DNA from: a virus
Virus record (IMG/VR): IMGVR_UViG_3300027973_002218
Location: 1,311 to 65,310 of that record
Direction: 5' to 3' (one strand)
Length of the DNA: 64,000 bases
In this document: piece by piece, positions 39,440-49,670 of the stretch
Layout: every line of letters starts with the position of its first letter
How positions within the stretch are numbered: the first letter of the stretch is position 1
Notes under the pieces: model-generated
The model's input: the letters and a program-made list of their open reading frames with translations, nothing else
What the model was told of the DNA's origin: nothing
The model's database searches: none
Made by a program: the position numbers and the translations under genes

Positions 39440-39440
39440 A

Positions 39441-39824
39441 TTATTTATATTTTACATATTCTTTTACTTCTCTGATTTCAGAATCAGTGAATTTATTAAT
39501 TTCGTTTTTTAATCTAAACCTTTCATCGTTTGTGAAATAAACTTTTCTTGCAAAATCGATGAACTCACCCTCAAATCTTTTTTCGGTTTCTAATACTCTT
39601 AGCCTATCTTCAATATCCCAAAGTTTTGTGTTGATGTCAACTAATTGATGATATAAAGATTCAATTTCAGGTTCGTTTAAATAACCTGATGATAAATTGT
39701 AAAGGAGTTCAAATTCCTTATTTATGTATTCTAACTTTTCTTCATTAGTTATTTTTGTTTGTTTTACGTGTAAGATAGATAATTTGTCAATTAACTCACC
39801 AACACTTACTGGTGCTTGAATCAT
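39441..39824 (-). CDS. DUF6165-like coiled-coil protein
   Basis: PVSVGELIDKLSIL...N.KLWDIED...AR.VY..ND.R..LK. Confidence 0.7.
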   Translation of the reverse strand: MIQAPVSVGELIDKLSILHVKQTKITNEEKLEYINKEFELLYNLSSGYLNEPEIESLYHQLVDINTKLWDIEDRLRVLETEKRFEGEFIDFARKVYFTNDERFRLKNEINKFTDSEIREVKEYVKYK

Positions 39825-40528
39825 AATATGTATGTTAAATCTTTGTCGAAAATATGTTCGACTTGATGAAAACTTGGTGGATTATGCCTTGAATAAACCG
39901 TAACATTTTTTAAACCAAGTTTTGAGATTATGTAGAGAATTGATGTCTCTACGGTATAAATGTGTTTAGCCTTTAATAAAAGTCCAATCCAATCAAATAA
40001 ATTATCCCAACCAAGATATTCCATCTCGACTGAGTTTTCATATTCTCCCATATGTGGACATGGTTTTGAATGTGGAGGAGAACCAAACATTCTGTTAACA
40101 AAAACAAATTCTTTATCTTGAACACCATAGTGGTCAATAAGTTTTTGTTCTCTTTCTAAATTTCTTTCAAATTCGAAATAATCTAACCAATCAGATGAGT
40201 CCATACTCACCATCTTATATTTCGCCTGCATAACAGAAATATCGGGGAAATGTCTATCAAAATGTTGTATTGGTAGGTAAATTGAATCATCGGAAATTTG
40301 TACTGGTTTACTATATCCTTCCAAATATATGTTCTTGTGAGGGAAATTTTCATTTTCAGTTACAAATTTCAGTCCATCAACTTTAATATAGTTTTTGATA
40401 AATTCAAACTGTTGAATTACTGGCCACCAAACTTCATATCCTTTAGATATTAAATCTTTGGCAATTTTTTGAGTGAAGAAAATATCTCCAATTCCTGCGG
40501 GTTGTCTTATTAAACAAATTTTAGACAT
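39821..40528 (-). CDS. putative glycosyltransferase (GT-B-like)
   Basis: AGIGD start motif and late ETS motif; operon context. Confidence 0.4.
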   Translation of the reverse strand: MSKICLIRQPAGIGDIFFTQKIAKDLISKGYEVWWPVIQQFEFIKNYIKVDGLKFVTENENFPHKNIYLEGYSKPVQISDDSIYLPIQHFDRHFPDISVMQAKYKMVSMDSSDWLDYFEFERNLEREQKLIDHYGVQDKEFVFVNRMFGSPPHSKPCPHMGEYENSVEMEYLGWDNLFDWIGLLLKAKHIYTVETSILYIISKLGLKNVTVYSRHNPPSFHQVEHIFDKDLTYIL

Positions 40529-41339
40529 AATCTTTTAAGTGATTTTCAAAAATCCAATCATCAAGAACACTGTATTTTTGTACTCTATCATAATTATCTT
40601 TAATAGCTTCTATTTTTGAATTATAAAGCTCTTCAGTTAGTGTTGTAATATCAAAGGTTCCATCAAAAAATATAATCCCATCTGAATTAAAATATTCTGT
40701 AACTTTTGGTGTACCCATATAAATTGGAATTGTTCCTGTTGCAAAACAATCTAATATTTTTTCAGTAAAATACGTATCGTATGTATCGTTCTCAACACAA
40801 AATGAAAAACGGTAATCAACTAATCCAATTTCTTTATTCGGTATTTCTTGAATACCCCTGCCAAAAACATCAATCTTATCTTGGTTTGCCATTGCAAAAT
40901 CATGTCTGATTTCATGTTGGTGTGTCCATCTTTTATTTGATGTAATCATAGATGCCATCTTAGTTTTTGAATGTATACCAAAATTTTTAATATAACTACC
41001 ATATGCGGGAGTCCATTTAAACTTTGGGCTTAACTGTAACAATTCATCATTGTGTGTCCAAATTTGTTCAAAAGTTTCAAGAACTTCATCTAAATGTTTT
41101 TTAATGTTATCTACAGCTCCCCCATCAAATTTTCTGGATTCAATAACCCAAAGAAACTTTTTTTTGTTACCACCATCAACTTTGTGGTCTTCAATTCCTT
41201 TAAATAAATCATTATCTAAATAAACTGAAATATCGTTGTCATAACTATTAAAACACCATTCAACAAGAACTGGTGGTTTATTTGCGGTTGAACCTTTGTC
41301 ATGAGAAAAGTTTCTTGAGAGCATGTTTAACTTAACCAT
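40521..41339 (-). CDS. GT10 alpha-1,3-fucosyltransferase-like glycosyltransferase
   Basis: YRFSFCVEN..YDTYFTEKI.DCF..GTIPIY.G motif; start moved to ATG 41339. Confidence 0.8.
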   Translation of the reverse strand: MVKLNMLSRNFSHDKGSTANKPPVLVEWCFNSYDNDISVYLDNDLFKGIEDHKVDGGNKKKFLWVIESRKFDGGAVDNIKKHLDEVLETFEQIWTHNDELLQLSPKFKWTPAYGSYIKNFGIHSKTKMASMITSNKRWTHQHEIRHDFAMANQDKIDVFGRGIQEIPNKEIGLVDYRFSFCVENDTYDTYFTEKILDCFATGTIPIYMGTPKVTEYFNSDGIIFFDGTFDITTLTEELYNSKIEAIKDNYDRVQKYSVLDDWIFENHLKDYV

Positions 41340-42136
41340 CCGTCTTCGTATTTTACTTCTAATACAATCCAATTAGGTTCGTATATGTCTTTATAGTTTC
41401 TTGGTCCTCTTGGTCCAAACCAAATTGAAGGAGCCACGATTTTCTTATTAGGGTTAGGATTCAAAAATGTACCCCACCATGAGAATGTAGAGTTAACCAT
41501 GATATGGTTTTTACATAATGACATTAGCCACATCTCTCTATAATCATCATCTTCAACGTAAGTTACATTATCAAATTTAAGATTTTCTTTAACCCAATCT
41601 TTGTCATCACTAAAAACAAATACGTGAGAATATTCCCCAATTTCTTTAAGTGCTCTTTCAATGTATACTTCATTTGCAATTGGATGAATGTCAGGATTCA
41701 TAAAACAATCACCTCTACGAATGTGAACTGATAAAGTATTCTCTTGTTTTAGTTCAGGATGTTTTTCATACATCTCTTGAATAAATTCTTCTGTTGGAGC
41801 AAAGATTTTTCTAATCTCGTCATTATAACCAAAGAAGTTTTTGCTACTTTGAAAGTACCCGTCAAAGACAGTGTCGTGGTCTTTAGCGTAAACATCAATA
41901 TATTCCCATGGGCCTTCACTAACTTTTTCAAATCCGTCAATACTGTCAATGAATTTCATGTTTCTAAAGATATTATTAAGGTAGTTTTCTGTTTGTCTTC
42001 CTTGCATTGGTGTCCAAGAACGTGGTACAAAAACAGCCTCTCTGTTCAATTTCATTGCGTGTGATAATGCGTGCGCTGCTTGGAACATTTGATTTCCCAG
42101 TCCACCCATTAAATTACATGATATTAAATTACTCAT
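41327..42136 (-). CDS. GT11 alpha-1,2-fucosyltransferase-like glycosyltransferase
   Basis: GGLGNQMFQ, GYFQS, HIRRGD, NSTFSWWG. Confidence 0.9.
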   Translation of the reverse strand: MSNLISCNLMGGLGNQMFQAAHALSHAMKLNREAVFVPRSWTPMQGRQTENYLNNIFRNMKFIDSIDGFEKVSEGPWEYIDVYAKDHDTVFDGYFQSSKNFFGYNDEIRKIFAPTEEFIQEMYEKHPELKQENTLSVHIRRGDCFMNPDIHPIANEVYIERALKEIGEYSHVFVFSDDKDWVKENLKFDNVTYVEDDDYREMWLMSLCKNHIMVNSTFSWWGTFLNPNPNKKIVAPSIWFGPRGPRNYKDIYEPNWIVLEVKYEDGWLS

Positions 42137-42861
42137 CTAATTAATTTTTTTAATTTGGTTTTATTTCTTATTATGTTTGAACATCTTTCTTGTTCTTGGT
42201 GACCTCCACCTGTTGCACTTCCGACCTTATGGTCATTGTACGGGGAACCCGCGTTATAAACATAATATAGGTTTGGTAAAAATCTATAATTCTCTTTGCC
42301 TGCCAATTCTAATAATGAAAATGTGTATGCAACATCTGCCGCTGATTTGAAATAACTTCCATCATCGTCCCGTAAATAATCTTGAGGAATTGATTTCCAT
42401 AAAAATGTTTTCCATGTTCTTAAATGTGAGAATCTAAATGTATCTTTTCTTACAGTATCTGGATTACATTCCGATGAAAACCCTGGATTTCCATCGGAGT
42501 ACATAAATGAACCGTTAGTTAACCAAACTTTATTATTAGAATAAACTTTTCTTATATCTCCAACAACATCACTGTTAAGTAAAAAATCATCACCATCAAT
42601 TTCAATTACAATATCTTCATCATCAAAAGTTGATATTAATTCATCTAAATTTTTTAGTTTAAATTTTTTTTCTGTATTAACTATAAGTTTAAACCTATTG
42701 TCTCCTTCTATTAAATTTTTAACCAATTCAACCGTATTATCTGTTGATATATCATCAATTAAATAAACTTCAAACTCTATATCTTTTTGGGATTTTAAAG
42801 TTCTAATGCAATTTTTAATGTAATTTTCTGCGTTCCAAAAACAACAAACAAATTTTATCAT
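42133..42861 (-). CDS. GT2 glycosyltransferase
   Basis: IDDISTD, IDGDD. Confidence 0.8.
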   Translation of the reverse strand: MIKFVCCFWNAENYIKNCIRTLKSQKDIEFEVYLIDDISTDNTVELVKNLIEGDNRFKLIVNTEKKFKLKNLDELISTFDDEDIVIEIDGDDFLLNSDVVGDIRKVYSNNKVWLTNGSFMYSDGNPGFSSECNPDTVRKDTFRFSHLRTWKTFLWKSIPQDYLRDDDGSYFKSAADVAYTFSLLELAGKENYRFLPNLYYVYNAGSPYNDHKVGSATGGGHQEQERCSNIIRNKTKLKKLIR

Positions 42862-44018
42862 TGTAAATTAATAACGTATCCTTCAGGTGTTGTACCTTGT
42901 TTATAAAATTTAAGTCTACCATTATAAGATTCACTTAATGATTGTAAATTTTTAACAACCTCATCAATTTCAATAACATTAACCGAATAACCTTCTTCTA
43001 ATAAATCTACACATAATTTGAATTGTTGGGATTCTTCTAAAATATCCGTACCTCTTTTATATGTTATGTAATTCATAACAAATGGAACTTCTTTATTAGG
43101 GTTTAATGATATGTAATGGGTTTTTAGGAACGCAGCATGTTCTGTATTAAAGTCATCTACAGTTAATGGTAAATTTAATTCCATACCTAAGTTCTTAGCA
43201 TAATATCCTAATGCTCGATTATCTCTTGGAAGACAAGGTCCACCAAATCCAAACCCATATTTCATATATTTTTTACCAACTCTTGTATCTCCACCTATCG
43301 CACTTAATACTGTGTCAATTTCTAAGTTTAATCCTGATTTCATTAGGATATCACCCATCATATTGGCGTAACTAATTTTAGTAGTTAAAAAACAATTAAT
43401 TCCTATTTTTGTAATTTCTGCAGCCTTTGGGCTCATAATATGAGCATTGACAGAAGTGGTTTGTATTCTTTCGTAAATTTTAACTAAAAAATTTCCTAAT
43501 TCAGGATAATCAGTTCCAATCAAAACAATATCAGATTGTTCAAGTCCTTTTACAATTTCTCCTTGGGCAATAAACTCTGGATTGTATGCGACTTGAGTAT
43601 TGAAGACCGCAAGTTTCTTTTGAATTTGTTCAGTGTCACCAGGATTAGTCGTACATCCAATTATAAATTTTTTATCGTGAATAGGTAAATTCAATTGAGA
43701 AACCGTGAAAAAATCATTAGCAACCTCAAAAACTTTGGATGTATCATAATTACCATCCATAGTTGATGGGGTGGCAACAAATGTGAATATTACATCACAT
43801 TGTTTAATTACTTCAACATTGTCTGTAGTAGCGCTAAAATCATGTACCTCAAATAACATTTTTTGAATATGAGGTTCATTTGTTAAACAAACACCTTGAT
43901 TTAAATTTTGTACATAATCTTCTCTTTTATCAGACACGAGTACATTGTATCCTGCCTTCTCACATAATAAAGCGAAAGTTAATCCTAATCTTCCAGCTCC
44001 AATAATCCCTATTTTCAT
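42858..44018 (-). CDS. UDP-glucose/GDP-mannose 6-dehydrogenase family protein
   Basis: GIIGAGRLG, YNPEF, GFGGPCLPRD. Confidence 0.88.
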   Translation of the reverse strand: MKIGIIGAGRLGLTFALLCEKAGYNVLVSDKREDYVQNLNQGVCLTNEPHIQKMLFEVHDFSATTDNVEVIKQCDVIFTFVATPSTMDGNYDTSKVFEVANDFFTVSQLNLPIHDKKFIIGCTTNPGDTEQIQKKLAVFNTQVAYNPEFIAQGEIVKGLEQSDIVLIGTDYPELGNFLVKIYERIQTTSVNAHIMSPKAAEITKIGINCFLTTKISYANMMGDILMKSGLNLEIDTVLSAIGGDTRVGKKYMKYGFGFGGPCLPRDNRALGYYAKNLGMELNLPLTVDDFNTEHAAFLKTHYISLNPNKEVPFVMNYITYKRGTDILEESQQFKLCVDLLEEGYSVNVIEIDEVVKNLQSLSESYNGRLKFYKQGTTPEGYVINLQ

Positions 44019-44818
44019 ATGACATTATTTTCTTTTAAATCAAAAATTGGTATTGAAACCATTTTATGTTTATTTTTTGTGTTGAAGTTTGCGTAAGTTG
44101 TAAGTATTGTTTTTTCTTTTTCTGTTAACTCTAGTTGTTCTGACCACTTATTCATACCATATTCCATAGCCCACTCAAGCTCATCATAAGTTGAACCTAT
44201 TTGCGTTTCGTCAACTCTATTGTCTTCCCATAAACCATCTGTAGGTTCAGCGTTAATTATATCTTGAGGTACTCCTAATAACTTACCTAACTCTCTAACT
44301 TCTGATTTATATAAATCTGCGATTGGGGAAATATCTACTCCTCCATCACCGTACTTAGTATAAAATCCAACACCGAAGTCTTCAACTTTATTTCCTGTAC
44401 CGATTACAATACCACCAGATGAAGCCGCTATTTGATAAAGAGACACCATCCGTAATCTTGATTTTGTATTTGCAAATCCAAGTTCAGAGTTAAACCTTTT
44501 ATCAAATGCTTTGTGAGATTTAAATGATTCGAATACAGGAGATAAATCTATATAGTATCCCTCAACGTTATCATATTTTGCGCTTAAAAGTGAAATTTGT
44601 AAGTCAGATAACTTTGTATTTTCAGGACTTGAGTTTATTGGCATTCCAACAACAATAGTTGGTATTCCTGTTTCAGCACATAATGTTGATACTACTGCTG
44701 AATCTATTCCACCTGAAACACCTACTACTAAGGTAGATATTCCATTTTCATTTACGTAAGACTTAATCCAATCTTGTATTTTTATGGATAAGTTTTCATA
44801 GTCAATAATTCTATTCAT
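44015..44818 (-). CDS. nadE: NH3-dependent NAD+ synthetase
   Basis: GVSGGIDS, GTGNKVE, GFYTKYGDGG, PIADLYK, PTDGL. Confidence 0.9.
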   Translation of the reverse strand: MNRIIDYENLSIKIQDWIKSYVNENGISTLVVGVSGGIDSAVVSTLCAETGIPTIVVGMPINSSPENTKLSDLQISLLSAKYDNVEGYYIDLSPVFESFKSHKAFDKRFNSELGFANTKSRLRMVSLYQIAASSGGIVIGTGNKVEDFGVGFYTKYGDGGVDISPIADLYKSEVRELGKLLGVPQDIINAEPTDGLWEDNRVDETQIGSTYDELEWAMEYGMNKWSEQLELTEKEKTILTTYANFNTKNKHKMVSIPIFDLKENNVI

Positions 44819-46446
44819 TAAAGGATTTTTTGATACTCTTCTTTTATTTGTTTTGCGACGTTAGAGGAAAAGTATTTCTCTACGTCTACAGGAGGTTCGA
44901 ATTTTTCTTTTGATAAAATAAATCCACCTGAATCTACTTTATAAATCCAACTCGGTTTTCCGCACATCCATCCTTCGATAGTTGTTCTTCCTAATTGAAT
45001 TCCTGCAGTTTCTTCACATCTATATATGAAATTTTCTACAGACCAAGTAGGAGGGAAATATTTTACATGAGGTTCAAATAAAACTTGTTGTAGATAATTT
45101 CCTTTATCTTCTCCTACTAACCAAAGTTCTTTACCTTCTTCTTTTGTTCTTTCCATTAAATCTAAGATGGTCTCTTTTCTTAGGTAATCTATGGTACCAA
45201 CAAATAACACAGAGTTTTCTGTTTTAACTAAAGGTTTTGGCTTGAATTTATCGTTATCAATTGGATTATAAATAATATCAATTTGTTCTTCGGGTATCTC
45301 AAATTTATCTACAATGTGGTCCTTAATTTCAGGTCTAATTGCAATATACTTTTTAATTGATTCGTGTTTGATAGGGTCTTCTAATTCTATAACTTCAGAA
45401 TGAATAGAATAGATTTTATCTATCTCAGGATAAAACTGAATCATTCTTTCGGCAACAGGTTTATGTTGCATATGAATAATATCAAAGTTAACTTCAGAAA
45501 CACGATACATTACATTTTCAGTTGATACTTTAAATCCTTCAGGTGTATTAAATCCCCATTTACCATCACCAAGTTTAAAACCAGGAGCTTCTTCAAATGA
45601 TATACATTTAATACCTAATCTTTTTGCCATATCAGTTAATGGCCCACCTATTTGGGACATAACAGTAACATCACAGTTTTGTTTAATTAAATTCTTTGCA
45701 AGTTCAAAAATATATAATTCTGAACCAGTAAAAGTTCTAAAAAACAAAGATGATATTAAAACTTTAATTCTTCTTTGAGAGTCGTAGCTAAGTTTAACAG
45801 GTAAATTTTTTGCGTATTTTGATTCAAACAATTTTCTGTTCTCTTCCCATTGTTCATTAGTTTGACCGATTGACCTGTGAGTAATTCTAATATTAGTAAT
45901 AACACCAACTTTAACTCCTTCAATATGGTTTTCAAAACAAAAAGGAATATCATAAAAGTGAAACCCTTTAAAGTCTTCGTTAAAATTCTTTTTAATTTTT
46001 CTTTTGTCAATTGCAATGAATAGACCGTCAACAACAACTGTTTCTATAATTGAGTTACCTAAGGACTCTGAGTATTTTGATTCCCATTTCTTTCCATCAC
46101 TTTCATGGTTAACAATGCCAACCATCTTTCTTCTGTCTTCCCACCACATTCCACTACTTGGCATTTGAGTTGTTCCTGCCATACCAAGAATACCAAAATC
46201 ACTTTTTTCAAAATGTTTTAATAATTTGTTATACCAAGAATTTGTATCAAAATATATATCATCATGACAAAACACAACAATGTCAGTCTTTGATTCTGAC
46301 AAGACTTCATTATAAACTTGGGCAAGAGACTTCTCACCGTTGTTAACTTTTTCAATGACCTCAAGTTTTTTAAAACCTGAACTCTTTTTTAGATATTCTG
46401 TAAACTCTGGTTTACTCTCTCTTGTTGAGTATGCTATTGTAATCAT
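44818..46446 (-). CDS. two-domain glycosyltransferase (GT-A fused to GT-B-like)
   Basis: N-half VFCHDDI and FHFYD; C-half GRTTIEGWMCG. Confidence 0.7.
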   Translation of the reverse strand: MITIAYSTRESKPEFTEYLKKSSGFKKLEVIEKVNNGEKSLAQVYNEVLSESKTDIVVFCHDDIYFDTNSWYNKLLKHFEKSDFGILGMAGTTQMPSSGMWWEDRRKMVGIVNHESDGKKWESKYSESLGNSIIETVVVDGLFIAIDKRKIKKNFNEDFKGFHFYDIPFCFENHIEGVKVGVITNIRITHRSIGQTNEQWEENRKLFESKYAKNLPVKLSYDSQRRIKVLISSLFFRTFTGSELYIFELAKNLIKQNCDVTVMSQIGGPLTDMAKRLGIKCISFEEAPGFKLGDGKWGFNTPEGFKVSTENVMYRVSEVNFDIIHMQHKPVAERMIQFYPEIDKIYSIHSEVIELEDPIKHESIKKYIAIRPEIKDHIVDKFEIPEEQIDIIYNPIDNDKFKPKPLVKTENSVLFVGTIDYLRKETILDLMERTKEEGKELWLVGEDKGNYLQQVLFEPHVKYFPPTWSVENFIYRCEETAGIQLGRTTIEGWMCGKPSWIYKVDSGGFILSKEKFEPPVDVEKYFSSNVAKQIKEEYQKIL

Positions 46447-46450
46447 ATAA

Positions 46451-47068
46451 TTAAATTATTCCCGTACTTCCAAATCCTTTATCTCCTCTGTCTTTATCTT
46501 CAATTTTATCAATCTGTTCTAATTGTACAAAAGTACCATTAACAACAGGACATAAGACAGCTTGAGCAATTTTCATTCCTTTGGTTACAATCACTTCATG
46601 ATTATTTGTGTTAAACATAATCACTTTAATTTCTCCGTTATAACCTGAATCCACAGTTCCTGGTGTATTTAGTACTGTTAATCCTTGGTTTATAGCTAAA
46701 CCACTTTTAGGTCTAACTTGTATTTCATATTCATCAGGAATAGATAACTTAAGACCTGTTGGAATTAATGCTCTTCCAAACGCGGAGAGTTTATAATCTA
46801 TTGTTGAATATAAATCAAAACCTGAATCAGATGGGTAAGCGTAAGACGGAAATTTCGCATCTTCGTGTATTAATTCAACACCAAGACGTTTAGTTCTAAG
46901 GGTTATTTCAGTCTCTCTATTCATTTCTTCAACTGACATTCCCAACATATCTTCTAATTGTTTTATATAATCTAACTCAGGTTCTATTCCTGAATCTGAT
47001 TTTATCTTTTCAAATTGTTCTAAAACTTGTGCCCAAACCTCTGGTTTTATTTCGTTACCTTGTTGCAT
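46451..47068 (-). CDS. dut: trimeric dUTPase with an N-terminal extension
   Basis: SGFDL, RPKSGLA, GTVDSGYNGE, RGDKGFGSTG. Confidence 0.93.
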   Translation of the reverse strand: MQQGNEIKPEVWAQVLEQFEKIKSDSGIEPELDYIKQLEDMLGMSVEEMNRETEITLRTKRLGVELIHEDAKFPSYAYPSDSGFDLYSTIDYKLSAFGRALIPTGLKLSIPDEYEIQVRPKSGLAINQGLTVLNTPGTVDSGYNGEIKVIMFNTNNHEVIVTKGMKIAQAVLCPVVNGTFVQLEQIDKIEDKDRGDKGFGSTGII

Positions 47069-47769
47069 TATTTTAATTTTAATAGTTTGTTAATTACGTC
47101 GATTAAAACCGATACGTCCTTCTCACAATATTCAACAATACCTGAGATATCTTTTTTAACCCAAAACGCTTCGTGAACTTTATTACCTGTAACCTCCATG
47201 TTTTTAGAAGACTCAACACCTAAACAAACACACATTAGTTCTAATGATGCTATAGAACCATATCCACCGTATTGCCAAAGTTCTTTAGTATCAAGAGCTT
47301 TAATTTCCCATGGTTTAGTGTCATGACCTGGTAATATTTTTGGAGGAAGAATACCATTCATCATCATTCTTTTTGCCAACATTGGAATATCAAATCCTTT
47401 AACATTGTGACCACATAAAAAAAAGTTTAATTCTCCAACTCGTTTAAGCAGTTTTTGAACCTCCTCCAATAGTTTTTTTTCGTCAGGGTCACTGAATGAT
47501 TGCATTTTAGTTTCACCTTTGTCTGTAACAAAAGCAACACTAACACAAGCAATTCTTGCAAACTCAGGAACTAATGCCGCTCTGTTTACAAACATATCTC
47601 CAACAGGTTTGTCCGCATCTTCAGGAAATCTTTTTTGAAACCAATCATGGTAATTTTTAAATTGGTATGCCAGCTCAGGTCTATTAGACTCAAGAGATGC
47701 CCAATCTGGTTGAATACCGACAGTTTCGATATCTAAAAATAAAATCTTGGTTAAAGGTATGTTTATCAT
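47068..47769 (-). CDS. stand-alone DEDD 3'-5' exonuclease (PolB-exo-like)
   Basis: LDIET, GHNVKGFDIP, YCEKD. Confidence 0.85.
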   Translation of the reverse strand: MINIPLTKILFLDIETVGIQPDWASLESNRPELAYQFKNYHDWFQKRFPEDADKPVGDMFVNRAALVPEFARIACVSVAFVTDKGETKMQSFSDPDEKKLLEEVQKLLKRVGELNFFLCGHNVKGFDIPMLAKRMMMNGILPPKILPGHDTKPWEIKALDTKELWQYGGYGSIASLELMCVCLGVESSKNMEVTGNKVHEAFWVKKDISGIVEYCEKDVSVLIDVINKLLKLK

Positions 47770-48980
47770 TATATGATTGATTTATAAAATTCTGCTCTTG
47801 TTTTTGTTACAACATTAAGGTCGTACTTGTCCTTTACGGTTTCGTATAACCTTTCTCCCATATCTTTTGCTAAGTTAGGATTTTTTACCAACTTCTCAAT
47901 AAATTTTGGCCAATCAGCGTGATTTCTATTTTCATTTACTAACATAGCATTACCGTCAACAAACTCACCATTTTTCATACAATGTTTTAAATCGATAGTA
48001 TAAGGACCTAAGTCAGATGCTATTAATGCTTTCTTATAAAATCCAGCTTCAATAACTTTCAACTGAGACTTCATTCTATTAAACATTGTGTTTTTAATTG
48101 GTGATAAGGATACGTCAAATTTAGCATAATTTTTTGCGTATGATGTTACAGGTTTAGTCCAAACTCTCAAATATGGTTCGTCAGGATTACCAGTATAACT
48201 TTCTTGATTATAGTTAATCAAATGTTTTTTATATTCATCAGACACAATTGAATAGTTCTGTGTAAATATTTTTTCATACTGAGCCCAAACAGTTTCGTGA
48301 GGAAGAATATTACGTTTAGTTTGTTCTCCTGTTTGTGCGTTAATTTCAGTTACACTACCTCTAGTGTCAAATCCACATAACACATATTGAAGTTTATCTT
48401 TTAAAGAAAAAATCTTACCAAACCCTTGGTCTAATAATTGAATATCATGTAAGTGGGAAGAACCTCCTAACCAACCAATTCTAAGTCTATCAGACTCTAA
48501 TGTTGGTTCTTTAAATTGAGATTCGTTTGGATTAATTGCGTTAGGAAATACAACAACATTCTTGTTTAATTTCCTAATTTCATCAGCAAATAAAGATGTT
48601 GTGGTTGTAACATACTTTGCAACTTTTAAGTTTGCAGTAATTTTTTCATTAATCTTGTGAACTTTAATAATATCGTGGATTGGGTGTTCTTTACCTGGCA
48701 TCCAATAATCGTCAATATCACAAACAGTTATAACTCCTAATGAGTTTAACATTTGAATAAGACGATGGGCCTTTTCAAAATCGGGCCCAATACTTCTATG
48801 GAATGAAACTATTTGATATTGGGTCCAATAGTTAACATCATCATATGGTGGTTCATAAACGATATCGACGTGAAAATCATCAGGATAGAGATTTTGTAAA
48901 AAGATGTGCGGGTCTACTGACCTAAACTTACCAACTCCTGTTCTATCGGATGGTACAACGAGTACTTTGATTTTTGACAT
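47769..48980 (-). CDS. glycosyltransferase, GT-B fold
   Basis: DIDD, GWLGGSSH, KSQLKVIEAG. Confidence 0.7.
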   Translation of the reverse strand: MSKIKVLVVPSDRTGVGKFRSVDPHIFLQNLYPDDFHVDIVYEPPYDDVNYWTQYQIVSFHRSIGPDFEKAHRLIQMLNSLGVITVCDIDDYWMPGKEHPIHDIIKVHKINEKITANLKVAKYVTTTTSLFADEIRKLNKNVVVFPNAINPNESQFKEPTLESDRLRIGWLGGSSHLHDIQLLDQGFGKIFSLKDKLQYVLCGFDTRGSVTEINAQTGEQTKRNILPHETVWAQYEKIFTQNYSIVSDEYKKHLINYNQESYTGNPDEPYLRVWTKPVTSYAKNYAKFDVSLSPIKNTMFNRMKSQLKVIEAGFYKKALIASDLGPYTIDLKHCMKNGEFVDGNAMLVNENRNHADWPKFIEKLVKNPNLAKDMGERLYETVKDKYDLNVVTKTRAEFYKSII

Positions 48981-48997
48981 AAATTTTAATATATACT

Positions 48998-49005
48998 CAA
49001 AAGTA
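48998..49005 (-). promoter_or_regulatory. possible host-type -7 element TACTTTTG at the head of the glycan cluster
   Basis: exact TAnnTTTG 17 nt upstream of ATG 48980; no -33 element at canonical spacing. Confidence 0.35.
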
Positions 49006-49034
49006 TAACAAAATATGTCAAATAAGAAAAGGTG

Positions 49035-49664
49035 TTAGGCCAACTTTTTAATTTTGGTAACTTTACCTTCAAACACGTGCTTACCTACTTTAAAGCTAAA
49101 AATTTCATTAGATTTTTCAGAACTTTCCATAAGTAATCCGTTTTCTCTAAGTGCATTACTTACGGCTTCATTAATCATTTTTTGAATTAATTTGTAATTA
49201 ATACCACTAACACTAGAAGTTTGTTGTGGAGATTCCGATTGAGTTTTTGGTTTTGCCGATTCAGGAACATATCCGCCATCATTACCTTTCATTAATCTTG
49301 AAGCTCTTTCAATTAAGTCATTTGATAAAGTCGCTTCAGGTTGTTGTTGTTGCGCAATTGGATGTTCCATCATTAACCTCTTAATATCATCAGGAAGTTT
49401 TGAATTTTTAATTGCATCAACGGTTGGATTACCAACTGGTTTTGTATTCACTCTAGGGAGCTCTGATAAATAAGGTTGTTGAACTTGTGGTTGTTCTTGT
49501 AGATATTCTTGAGGAATATTATACTTTGCTTGTGGCATATCAAAATCTTGCAAAGATGTTGGAGGTAATCCTCCACTCATTGTATTATTACTTTTACCAA
49601 ATTTTGGACTATCCATAATAGCTTTAGATGCCGCTAATCTGCTCATTAAATCATTTTCGTTCAT
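49035..49664 (-). CDS. hypothetical protein
   Basis: 209 aa, Gln/Pro-rich. Confidence 0.6.
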   Translation of the reverse strand: MNENDLMSRLAASKAIMDSPKFGKSNNTMSGGLPPTSLQDFDMPQAKYNIPQEYLQEQPQVQQPYLSELPRVNTKPVGNPTVDAIKNSKLPDDIKRLMMEHPIAQQQQPEATLSNDLIERASRLMKGNDGGYVPESAKPKTQSESPQQTSSVSGINYKLIQKMINEAVSNALRENGLLMESSEKSNEIFSFKVGKHVFEGKVTKIKKLA

Positions 49665-49670
49665 AATATA

